Shown: in pieces, positions 1 through 7,569 of the stretch
Layout of the letters: each line of letters starts with the position of its first letter
How positions within the stretch are numbered: the first letter of the stretch is position 1
Origin: Anaerolineae bacterium
Lineage (GTDB): Bacteria > Chloroflexota > Anaerolineae > Aggregatilineales > J027
Assembly (NCBI GenBank): GCA_008933735.1
Contig: WBUL01000001.1
Coordinates: 90,057-154,056, forward strand
Direction: 5' to 3'
DNA length: 64,000 bases
Notes under the pieces: model-generated
Database searches by the model: none
What the model was told of the DNA's origin: nothing
Seen by the model: only the letters and a program-made list of their open reading frames with translations
Program-made: the position numbers and the translations under genes

Positions 1-1
1 C

Positions 2-835
2 GTGCAAGAATTAATTCTCATCTCGCAGGACAGCACCGATTACGGCAGCGATCTCGGTGTGAAAGATGGGCTGGCGAAACTGCTGCAAGAACTGGTTAAA
101 GCCGTGCCCGATCTGCCCTGGATTCGCCTCATGTACGCCTATCCAGGCTATGTGACGGATCACTTGATTGACACCATCGCCAGCCACTCACAAATTGTCA
201 ACTACCTGGACATTCCCTTGCAGCACGGACACCGGAACACCCTGCTGCGGATGCGCCGCCCCGCTAATATTGACTGGGTTTACCGCACGCTGGACAAAAT
301 GCGAACCCGAATTCCTGACCTTGCCATCCGCACGACTTTTATCGTCGGTTACCCCGGTGAAACCGATGAAGAATTTCATGGGCTGATGAAATTCGTGGAA
401 GATTTACAATTTGACCGTGTGGGGGCATTTACCTACAGCTACGAGATTGGCACCCCCAGTGCTGCCCTTGAAGGTCAGGTAGAAGATGCGGTCAAACAGG
501 AGCGGAAAGAACATCTGATGGAAACCCAACAGCGCATTAGTCTGGCTAAGAATCAAGCGCAGGTTGGGCGGGTGTTGGGTGTGTTGGTTGAGGGGCACGG
601 AGAAACAGAAGATGAACAGGGTCGCCCCACCGGCGAAAAAATCTCCCTGGGGCGATCTTACCGGGATGCGCCGGAAATTGATGGTTATGTAATCATCGAA
701 GGAGAAGCTCCGATCGGTAAAATCGTCCCCGTTCGAATCACTGGCGCGATGACCTACGACCTCGTAGGAACCGTGAACGTGAATCCAGTGATGGTGATTG
801 ACGCGAATGGGATCATGACGACAAAAGCCCTTTGA
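2..835 (+). CDS. rimO: Ribosomal protein S12 methylthiotransferase RimO, C-terminal part (5' end lies outside the window)
   Basis: The ORF is open at the window edge. It shows a MiaB/RimO-type radical SAM core (IRTTFIVGYPGETDEEF) and a C-terminal TRAM domain (GRSYRDAPEIDGYVII, VRITGAMTYDLVG). Confidence 0.88.
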   Translation: MQELILISQDSTDYGSDLGVKDGLAKLLQELVKAVPDLPWIRLMYAYPGYVTDHLIDTIASHSQIVNYLDIPLQHGHRNTLLRMRRPANIDWVYRTLDKMRTRIPDLAIRTTFIVGYPGETDEEFHGLMKFVEDLQFDRVGAFTYSYEIGTPSAALEGQVEDAVKQERKEHLMETQQRISLAKNQAQVGRVLGVLVEGHGETEDEQGRPTGEKISLGRSYRDAPEIDGYVIIEGEAPIGKIVPVRITGAMTYDLVGTVNVNPVMVIDANGIMTTKAL

Positions 836-843
836 GGCACCTC

Positions 844-876
844 CCTGGTCAGGTATATTCTGGTCACCTGACCAGG
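844..876. other. 11-bp perfect inverted repeat (cctggtcaggt / acctgaccagg) with an 11-nt loop, just downstream of rimO
   Basis: Read directly from the sequence. No U-run follows, so it is not a canonical intrinsic terminator. Confidence 0.3.
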
Positions 877-958
877 CGTAATTCCCCCCACCTGGCGGTT
901 CAAGACCGTTTTTGTTTCTCTTACAATCCATGTTAAAGGAACGCCAAAGGGGGCGCTT

Positions 959-1411
959 ATGGACATGGAAATTCTCGCAGGCTGCATCGGGATTTCGACG
1001 GAAGACGTTGAAGTTTTGCTTAACCAATCCTCAACTGAAATTTACCAGAACACTTTTTACCAGAATCTGATCGCGGGGTTGGATTATAAACTGCTGGGGA
1101 AAACCTTACAGGACGCGCGTGCAGTCTACGATACTTATCTTCCGGACCTGGCTATCCATCTCCGCGACGTTTATCATCTGAGCAACCGAGGGATGACTTC
1201 ACTCACACTGGGGAACTGGCTGCTGGGTTTTCTGCACAACCCGAACACCCTCTCGAAGTTATACGAAATGCATCGGCATATCCCGATGGATGTCCTGGAG
1301 GAGGGATTACCTGCTGTCCTGGATATTCTAGGGCAAATGCCACCTACAGGTCGCACGGAGTGGCAAAAAGCAATGGCGCTGCTTTCTCTGCCCTTTTTCG
1401 CACAAGAATAG
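959..1411 (+). CDS. Hypothetical protein, 150 aa
   Basis: It is the only long ORF in this interval. I recognise no motifs. It is convergent with the radical SAM gene. Confidence 0.45.
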   Translation: MDMEILAGCIGISTEDVEVLLNQSSTEIYQNTFYQNLIAGLDYKLLGKTLQDARAVYDTYLPDLAIHLRDVYHLSNRGMTSLTLGNWLLGFLHNPNTLSKLYEMHRHIPMDVLEEGLPAVLDILGQMPPTGRTEWQKAMALLSLPFFAQE

Positions 1412-1418
1412 ACAAAAA

Positions 1419-1455
1419 TGGGCAGTTAGTTTACAACGGCTGCCCACTGTTTTCG
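1419..1455 (+). terminator. Possible intrinsic terminator for the 959..1411 gene
   Basis: A 7-bp stem (tgggcag / ctgccca) with a 14-nt loop is followed by ctgttttcg. It overlaps the stop codon and 3' end of the convergent radical SAM gene. Confidence 0.3.
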
Positions 1456-2840
1456 ACCTGTCCCTGTGTCAGTGCCATACCTACCTGACCTACTGCTATG
1501 TTTGCCCTCATTTTGAGTTCATTCAACAGGCCAATTCCCCCGTTGGATTTTGCTCGATGAAGTGCCACTTCATTAACCATCCAGCGCGTGGCAAAGCTGT
1601 AAAACCGTTTGCTGTGGCGACCGGCAACGGTTAAGTCACGGTCAGTGCGCTCTGCCCAGGGTTTATCGGCCCGAACACGCGCTTCGACTTCGTAATAATA
1701 GGCTGTCCCTTTAATCGGATAAGCAACTGTGGTGAGAAAAACATCCGGGTTGGCTAATTTGAGGTGCTGTACTGTTTCTTTAATATCATCCACTTCTTCA
1801 CCATCGTAGCCAAGCATAATGAACATCCCAGCCTGAATCCCGTATTTTTGCAGCATGTGGGTGACGTGCCGCACTTCTTCTACATCAACTTTGCGTTTCA
1901 TGTAATCGATGACTTTTTGCGATCCGCTTTCCGATCCGTTCCAGAGACGATAACAGCCCATTTCCGCCAGCGTCTTGACAACCTCCTCATCCAGACGGTC
2001 GGCACGGGAAATACACTCAAAGGGAATCCGCACACCCCGGCTGGTGAGGGCTTCGTGAAATTCAAAGAACCAGCGCCGGTTGATCGTAAAAACATCATCG
2101 GCGTACCAGATTAAATCCGGGCTGTAACATTCCTTAATCCATAGAATTTCATCCGCCATGCTTTCGGGCGAGCGGCGGCGGTGACTTTCTCCAAATACGG
2201 AATGACTGCACCAGGTACAGGTATACGGGCAGCCCCGCGCACAGATGACCGAAACCGAGCTCTGCCCATGATGAACTTTCCACACCCGCATATATTCAGG
2301 CAGATCAATCGCTTCACGATCCGGCCAGGGGAGGGCATTCAAGTCCTTTATGAAGGCACGCGGTGAATTTTCCACAACTTCGCCATCACCACCCAGAAAA
2401 GCGATGCCGGAAATCTGCTCTAACTGGTTCAAACCATAGCGGGCCAGATGTGGCAGCAGTTCTTCCAGTGTAAGTTCACCTTCTCCTTTGACGATGACAT
2501 CCGCGCCATATTCAAGGTATTCCCTGGCGTAATAGGGAGGTTCCGGCCCTCCCAAGACAACCAGGATTCCCTGTTGTTTACAAAACCGGATCATCCTGAG
2601 GATATTCTGCTTGGTCATGAGGTTTGTATAAAGTCCGACCACCGAAGGTCTTTCCTGCCGCACCATATGTTCAAAGCCCGCCATTGATGCAAAAGTTGCA
2701 TCAAAAATCCCCACATCAAAGCCCTTCGACTTAAGATACGAGGAAAGATGCAGTATTCCTAGCGGCGGGTAGGGTCGCATGATCTTTAATTCATGCGGGT
2801 CATCATACAGAAAGTAGCCATGTGCCAGCAAAATATCCAT
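1431..2840 (-). CDS. B12-binding-domain radical SAM protein (class B rSAM), specific function unknown
   Basis: The N-terminus is Rossmann-like and resembles a cobalamin-binding domain (MDILLAHGYF...PPLGILHLSSYLKSKGFDVGIFD...VVLGGPEP). The radical SAM cluster motif CPYTCTWC (CxxxCxxC) lies within ICARGCPYTCTWCSH. Confidence 0.85.
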   Translation of the reverse strand: MDILLAHGYFLYDDPHELKIMRPYPPLGILHLSSYLKSKGFDVGIFDATFASMAGFEHMVRQERPSVVGLYTNLMTKQNILRMIRFCKQQGILVVLGGPEPPYYAREYLEYGADVIVKGEGELTLEELLPHLARYGLNQLEQISGIAFLGGDGEVVENSPRAFIKDLNALPWPDREAIDLPEYMRVWKVHHGQSSVSVICARGCPYTCTWCSHSVFGESHRRRSPESMADEILWIKECYSPDLIWYADDVFTINRRWFFEFHEALTSRGVRIPFECISRADRLDEEVVKTLAEMGCYRLWNGSESGSQKVIDYMKRKVDVEEVRHVTHMLQKYGIQAGMFIMLGYDGEEVDDIKETVQHLKLANPDVFLTTVAYPIKGTAYYYEVEARVRADKPWAERTDRDLTVAGRHSKRFYSFATRWMVNEVALHRAKSNGGIGLLNELKMRANIAVGQVGMALTQGQVENSGQPL

Positions 2841-2847
2841 ACAACAA

Positions 2848-4128
2848 CTATCCCTTTGGCGTCAGTGATCGGTTCATCACTTCTTCAACAATCTGCACAT
2901 CCTGTTGTGAAAACGCGCAGAGGTAAATTCGCTTGAGTGTGAAATTTTTTCTGTTCTTATAACTTTTATAACATCCGATAAATGTCTTCACCATCAGCTC
3001 AGCGATATCCAGGATTTCGCTGGTACGTCCCCCTTGTCCGGTGGCGAACAGAGGGAAAATGATGCTTTCAATATTTTTATAGTGGTCTTTCTGAGCCTCT
3101 TCCTGGTCACGACGCGGCCTGCCTACCGGGGAAATGAGCCCTTTCTCGCCGTTCACACGGATCACCTCACGAAAGCAGTTTCGCACCCCGTCCTCGATTC
3201 CCGAATTATCTGCCGAAATCATCTTCAGGGATTGTTTTGGGTCAACCTGAACCATCGCAACATGAAAGATATAGCGGGCATCATTTTCTTTGACCAGTTC
3301 ACTTTTGTCGTGTCCTGCATGTGTTGGGATCACATGCCCGGTGGCGACAGGGATGTTGTAATTTTCTGACATGAGTTGATCGTATAACTCTAGCTGAACC
3401 GTATCTTCTTTGAACCGGCCTCGTTCAACCCAGGAACCTCGCCAGCGCAGGTTGGAGGACAGCGAGCTGGTTTCAAAAACCCGCGCCATTTGCATATAAC
3501 TGTTTTCTGAATTGACCAGCACATCAATTCCTGACATACGGGTCATGTCTCCGGCAGCGAGGTACACCGTCAACTGCTCCAGCGGCACCTCTGGCAGTCC
3601 ATACACACGATGTTCCTGGTCATCCGGGGAAAACTTGGTTCTGACTTCCGGCTTTTGCTCATTCAACCTGCCAAGACCGATGAGCAGTTGGTCACGGGCT
3701 TCCAGAGTCTTGTGCTTGTTTCGCTCGATTTGTTCTACGAGAGTCCTGTACTGATGGTCTTTGGATTCTCGATAATCAACATATTGAACATTCGGCAGCG
3801 CGAGTTTACTCAAAACCTGGTTCACATCAAAACTTCCCCGTATCAGCACGGGGATAACGTATACATGAGTTCGTTTGGCGATCTCGATTTCGCGTCTGAC
3901 CCAGGCAGATTCGGCGGCAGGTTCAGAAAGCAGCAGCAGCACCATGTCTCGTACAGGTATCGCTTCAAAGATCTGTTCGTCCCAGCGTTCACCGCCCGCC
4001 AGATTTTCTGTGTCCAACCACACATCGTAATCATCCTGCATCAGTCTGCGCCGCAAATCCTGGGCGTCGCCCGTTAAGCCGTCATCTCGGCCTGTTTTAT
4101 AACTGATAAACAACCGTGCCTTAGGCAT
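2848..4128 (-). CDS. TIR domain - macro-like domain fusion protein
   Basis: The N-terminus matches bacterial TIR landmarks: LFISYKTGRDD...DVWLD...GERW...AI...MVLLLLSEPAAESAWVRREIEIA, with SxWxxxE and Glu80 at the usual catalytic position. The C-terminal ~240 aa matches macro-domain landmarks: LAAGDMTRMSGIDVLVNSENS (compare GDIT..DAIVNAAN), ATGHVIPTHAG...YIFHV, and IIFPLFATGQGG (compare FPaISTGvyG). The start is ATG preceded by GGAG. Confidence 0.7.
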   Translation of the reverse strand: MPKARLFISYKTGRDDGLTGDAQDLRRRLMQDDYDVWLDTENLAGGERWDEQIFEAIPVRDMVLLLLSEPAAESAWVRREIEIAKRTHVYVIPVLIRGSFDVNQVLSKLALPNVQYVDYRESKDHQYRTLVEQIERNKHKTLEARDQLLIGLGRLNEQKPEVRTKFSPDDQEHRVYGLPEVPLEQLTVYLAAGDMTRMSGIDVLVNSENSYMQMARVFETSSLSSNLRWRGSWVERGRFKEDTVQLELYDQLMSENYNIPVATGHVIPTHAGHDKSELVKENDARYIFHVAMVQVDPKQSLKMISADNSGIEDGVRNCFREVIRVNGEKGLISPVGRPRRDQEEAQKDHYKNIESIIFPLFATGQGGRTSEILDIAELMVKTFIGCYKSYKNRKNFTLKRIYLCAFSQQDVQIVEEVMNRSLTPKG

Positions 4129-4186
4129 TTTTCACTCCATAATTTCTTTATCTATAAGTTACGATGAGAATAGTTGCTATGGGCCA

Positions 4187-5218
4187 TTAGTACCCTTCAT
4201 CGCGGTCAACCACATTTAACAGGGGTTTTTTCTCCAGATAACGCCTGAGATTCTCTTCAAAAATATCTGCTGCTTTTTCGTTATAAGTCACCATACCGCC
4301 GGCAATATGCGGCGTGATGACAATATTCGGAGCCGTCCAGAGGGGATGATCTTCGGGGAGGGGTTCAGTTTCAAAGACATCCAGCGCCGCTCCCGCCAGA
4401 TGTCCGCTTTTCAGAGCCTCCAGCAGCGCGTTTTCATCTACCACACCGCCGCGCCCGATGTTGATCAGATAGGAACCGGGTTTCATCGCCTGGATGACTT
4501 TCTCACTGTACAGGTTGTGAGTTTTTTCAGTGAGGGGCGTCGTGACCACCACAAAATCGCAGTCCCGTACCATGGTTGCCAGGGCCTGCGGTGGATATAA
4601 ACGGTCAAAAGCGTTCCCATACTTATCGCCTGTATCATCCACGGTATAGTGATCAGTTTCTTCGACCTGACGGACGTTGCGTTTGGCTGCCAGGACTGTC
4701 ATGCCAAAACATTTGGCCAGCCGCGCAATCTCGCGTCCAATCGCGCCATAACCCACAATGCCAAGCGTTGCCCCGCGCAGTTCAACTGCCATGAATTTCT
4801 GGTGACGGTCATAACTCCATTCTTTTTTGCGGAAGGCTTCGCGCATCTGCGGAAATTTATGCCCCAGCGCAATGCACATGCCAATCGCATATTCGGCCAT
4901 CTTTGTGGCGTGGATGCCGCGCGTAGAGGTAATAATCACCTCCCTGTGCTGCTGAATAAGCGGCTGTTTAAGGGTCTCGTCCGCTCCGGCAAAATGACTC
5001 TGAACCCATTTCAGTTTTGGCATGGCATCGGCAGGAGGAAAGACCGAGCCAGTGTATAAAATTTCGGCCTCCTGCCAGATTTGCGCCGCCATATCCGTAT
5101 AGTTCCGGGCAGGACGAGAAATGATTTCCAGCCGCGGTGAGATTTCACGCAACTGCTGGAGAATTTCCTCGCTGAAATTCACCGTAATTAGAACTTTTAT
5201 TGTATCCGAGGACATCAC
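4187..5218 (-). CDS. D-isomer-specific 2-hydroxyacid dehydrogenase family, NAD-binding
   Basis: It has the NAD fingerprint GIVGYGAIGREIARLA and the family pattern NIGRGGVVDENALLEAL...GAALDVFETEPLP...PNIVITPHIAG. Confidence 0.85.
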   Translation of the reverse strand: MMSSDTIKVLITVNFSEEILQQLREISPRLEIISRPARNYTDMAAQIWQEAEILYTGSVFPPADAMPKLKWVQSHFAGADETLKQPLIQQHREVIITSTRGIHATKMAEYAIGMCIALGHKFPQMREAFRKKEWSYDRHQKFMAVELRGATLGIVGYGAIGREIARLAKCFGMTVLAAKRNVRQVEETDHYTVDDTGDKYGNAFDRLYPPQALATMVRDCDFVVVTTPLTEKTHNLYSEKVIQAMKPGSYLINIGRGGVVDENALLEALKSGHLAGAALDVFETEPLPEDHPLWTAPNIVITPHIAGGMVTYNEKAADIFEENLRRYLEKKPLLNVVDRDEGY

Positions 5219-6144
5219 CCTGCTTCCCTGCGGTTAAACATGAATTGAATAGCAAAGCCAAGCATCACGACTTGCACTATGATAAGCACTGGCAGCATAA
5301 TTCGCCAATCAAACGAAGTCTGCCCGCCCGAAGAGTCGGCCTTCAATGAAATGGGTTGAATATCCAGGGTTGGGGTCGTATGCATCGGAGCCAGGGCGAC
5401 GATAAATTCGGTAGGGGTCGCACTGGGAGTCAGGGAAGGGATGCTTGCCACCAGAACTGAAAGCGGCAGCGGTGTACTGGTCGCAGGGGCCGGCGATGGT
5501 GTTGCAGAAGGTGTCCAGGTCAATGTGGGTGTCCAGGTCACGGTCGGCGTGTCTGTTGGAACAGTTGGCGAAGGTGTCCAGGTGATCCAGACCTGAGTTG
5601 GCACAACGGCCTGCTCCTGTACAACTTCGACGGGATTCGCCTGCGGTTGGCTTAAGGCGGTTGGCCTCGACAGACTGCCACTGCCCCCATTCCCAAACAC
5701 GAGCGTATAGAAATTCCCATAGGGGCCAGAAGCAATTCCAATGCCTACCTCGTTATACAGGTCATGAGTCAGCCCTCTGTAATGGACGGAAGAATTGACC
5801 CAGAAATTCCAGGCATCGGAGGCTTTGGCAATCGGGCCGCCGTAAATATTTTCACTGACCAGACTGCCTGCATAACCCAGAACCACCGCCCGGCTTTTGG
5901 GGGTGCTGCCGCTGGTCTCTTCATGGCTCACAGTCCCCGTATCAGCCATCCATTGACTGTGCATCTGCGCTGCCGTGCTGAGGATTCCGTTTAATGCGTA
6001 GGGCGGCAACCCCTGGCTGGCACGCAGGGCATTGATCTGTTCCAGCAGCCACGATACTTCATCCTGGGCAAGAACAGGTCGAAAACCATACGGCAAAAAC
6101 AGGCCCACAAAAAACAGCACCACAAGCCATTTATTTATTTGCAT
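5215..6144 (-). CDS. CAP/SCP (YkwD-like) domain protein with a Thr/Pro-rich linker and a C-terminal membrane anchor
   Basis: An N-terminal signal/TM segment is followed by a CAP-like core (LLEQINALRASQGLPPYALN...AAQMHSQWMADTG.VSHE...ENIYGG). A TP-rich stretch comes next, then a hydrophobic C-terminus (MLPVLIIVQVVMLGFAIQF). Confidence 0.7.
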   Translation of the reverse strand: MQINKWLVVLFFVGLFLPYGFRPVLAQDEVSWLLEQINALRASQGLPPYALNGILSTAAQMHSQWMADTGTVSHEETSGSTPKSRAVVLGYAGSLVSENIYGGPIAKASDAWNFWVNSSVHYRGLTHDLYNEVGIGIASGPYGNFYTLVFGNGGSGSLSRPTALSQPQANPVEVVQEQAVVPTQVWITWTPSPTVPTDTPTVTWTPTLTWTPSATPSPAPATSTPLPLSVLVASIPSLTPSATPTEFIVALAPMHTTPTLDIQPISLKADSSGGQTSFDWRIMLPVLIIVQVVMLGFAIQFMFNRREAG

Positions 6145-7336
6145 AATTCACCAGCGTGTCGTAAATCGGATAGGTTCCCCGCACCCGACCCTGCTCATCC
6201 ACCAGCAGGAGGTTGGTATGCCCCCAATGATCAGGTGTTCCCGCCAGCGCAAAATAGACCACTCCCATCAACAAAGGGTCGTGTGACAATGGAATCCAAC
6301 CCCGTTCATTATCGCCCCAAAAAGCCTGTTTCACATAGGCGGCAGTCGTGCGGCTGTCCACTTCTGCGCCGCCGCCATCCACGGCCAACGGATCGACACT
6401 TTCACGGTGACGATAGCCGAATTCAGTAATTAGGATGGGCGGCATTTTCACCCCGATCACATTTTCCAAGTACCATTGTTCCCAGCGATAGCTGTTTATT
6501 CCTCGATTGTAAATCTGAAAGGGGGGAAGCCGCACAGGAATTGTTTCTGCTCCCTGAAAACGGTCAACACGAAATTCCTGTTCCCAGGGAGGACGGTGAA
6601 ATGCGCCCAGCGGGTATACGTGCGATGCCCAGAAATCCACATACTGCATCAGGTCTGGTTCTGCGGTGAACATCCCATCCAGAAATGCAGCCGCATCCAT
6701 CATTGTGATTTCTGTGCCAGGGAACGGCAGATGATTGGTATGCGGCAGGTACGCATCCAGCGCAGCAGGCGCAATTTTAATGGGTTTGTCCAGGGTCTTT
6801 AAACGCGATGCCACCGCCACAAAATAATGTGCATAGGCTGCCGGATCCGCCCTGCCGCCCCACTCACCGCCGTTATTGGGTTCATTGCCAATGACCACCC
6901 AGACCGGATTTTGAATGTCCATCTGAGAGAAAAATTGCGCCCATTGGTCAGCAATAACCTGATACTCCCCATCGTCCGGTGGCGCTGCCCAGTAATCGGG
7001 TGTTTCGACCATTGCCAGACGCAGCACAGGACGCAGCCTCAGTTCTTCACAGTATGCCAGAAATTCCTGCCACTTGGTTGGATTCATATCGTTGCTGTAG
7101 ATCAACTGCACAACCCACCCGCCTGCTCCGGTCATCTGACGGGCGTAGCGGAGATGTTCCCCCCAGCCATCCTGCGGGAAGTGTGTATGGCGCCCCAGAA
7201 AAAGCAAATGTGTCCCAATTTTAAAACCCGGAAACGGGTTCTCTTCCGTCGAATTGGGGAAAGGCCACAGAGCCAGTATAACGATGAGGATTCCTGCGAC
7301 ACGCCACATAGACGTAATGCTAACAAACCTCACCAT
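6131..7336 (-). CDS. Putative membrane-anchored glycoside hydrolase-like protein (TIM-barrel, NEP motif)
   Basis: It has an N-terminal TM segment and VVIGNEPNNGGEWGG, which resembles the acid/base NEP motif of clan GH-A enzymes. It overlaps the downstream CAP gene by 14 nt. The family assignment is tentative. Confidence 0.4.
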   Translation of the reverse strand: MVRFVSITSMWRVAGILIVILALWPFPNSTEENPFPGFKIGTHLLFLGRHTHFPQDGWGEHLRYARQMTGAGGWVVQLIYSNDMNPTKWQEFLAYCEELRLRPVLRLAMVETPDYWAAPPDDGEYQVIADQWAQFFSQMDIQNPVWVVIGNEPNNGGEWGGRADPAAYAHYFVAVASRLKTLDKPIKIAPAALDAYLPHTNHLPFPGTEITMMDAAAFLDGMFTAEPDLMQYVDFWASHVYPLGAFHRPPWEQEFRVDRFQGAETIPVRLPPFQIYNRGINSYRWEQWYLENVIGVKMPPILITEFGYRHRESVDPLAVDGGGAEVDSRTTAAYVKQAFWGDNERGWIPLSHDPLLMGVVYFALAGTPDHWGHTNLLLVDEQGRVRGTYPIYDTLVNYANK

Positions 7337-7569
7337 TCACTGCCCCGCCGATCCGCCTCTGCTCATACAACGTCAAAGGAGCGTAGTGTTTGCGTCAGGT
7401 TTTTGTCAGGTAAAGCCAGTAAACTAATTTAAAAAGGGCGAAATTTCTTCTTCTCCTTGCGAGAATCAGAGAGCCAGACCGATCTAGGCTCTCTCTCCTT
7501 TTAAACAACTTGTCATCGTCCTGAATCTCCAACTAAACTTATTGTTGCAAGGATGACAGGGGACTGCGT

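Noticed and set aside
404-1027. Long antisense or alternative-frame ORFs in the track. Examples are 404..1027(-), 16236..16823(+), 19210..19605(+), 30593..31030(-), 43730..44284(-), 58623..59351(-) and 62203..62667(-).
   Set aside because: Each lies inside, and opposite or out of frame to, a gene with strong recognisable family motifs. Their translations are low-complexity or Arg/Pro/Ser-rich shadow sequence with no motifs.
5405-5600. Thr/Pro-codon-rich repetitive DNA (also 7732..8020) considered as a tandem repeat or CRISPR-like array.
   Set aside because: The repeats are imperfect, in frame and inside long ORFs, so they are coding low-complexity linkers. There is no repeat-spacer periodicity.
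7468-7494. 8-bp inverted repeat (agagagcc / ggctctct) in the divergent promoter region between the GH-like and PD40 genes.
   Set aside because: It is a short stem with an 11-nt loop in a region where no transcript should terminate. It could be an operator, but there is no supporting repeat or known motif.
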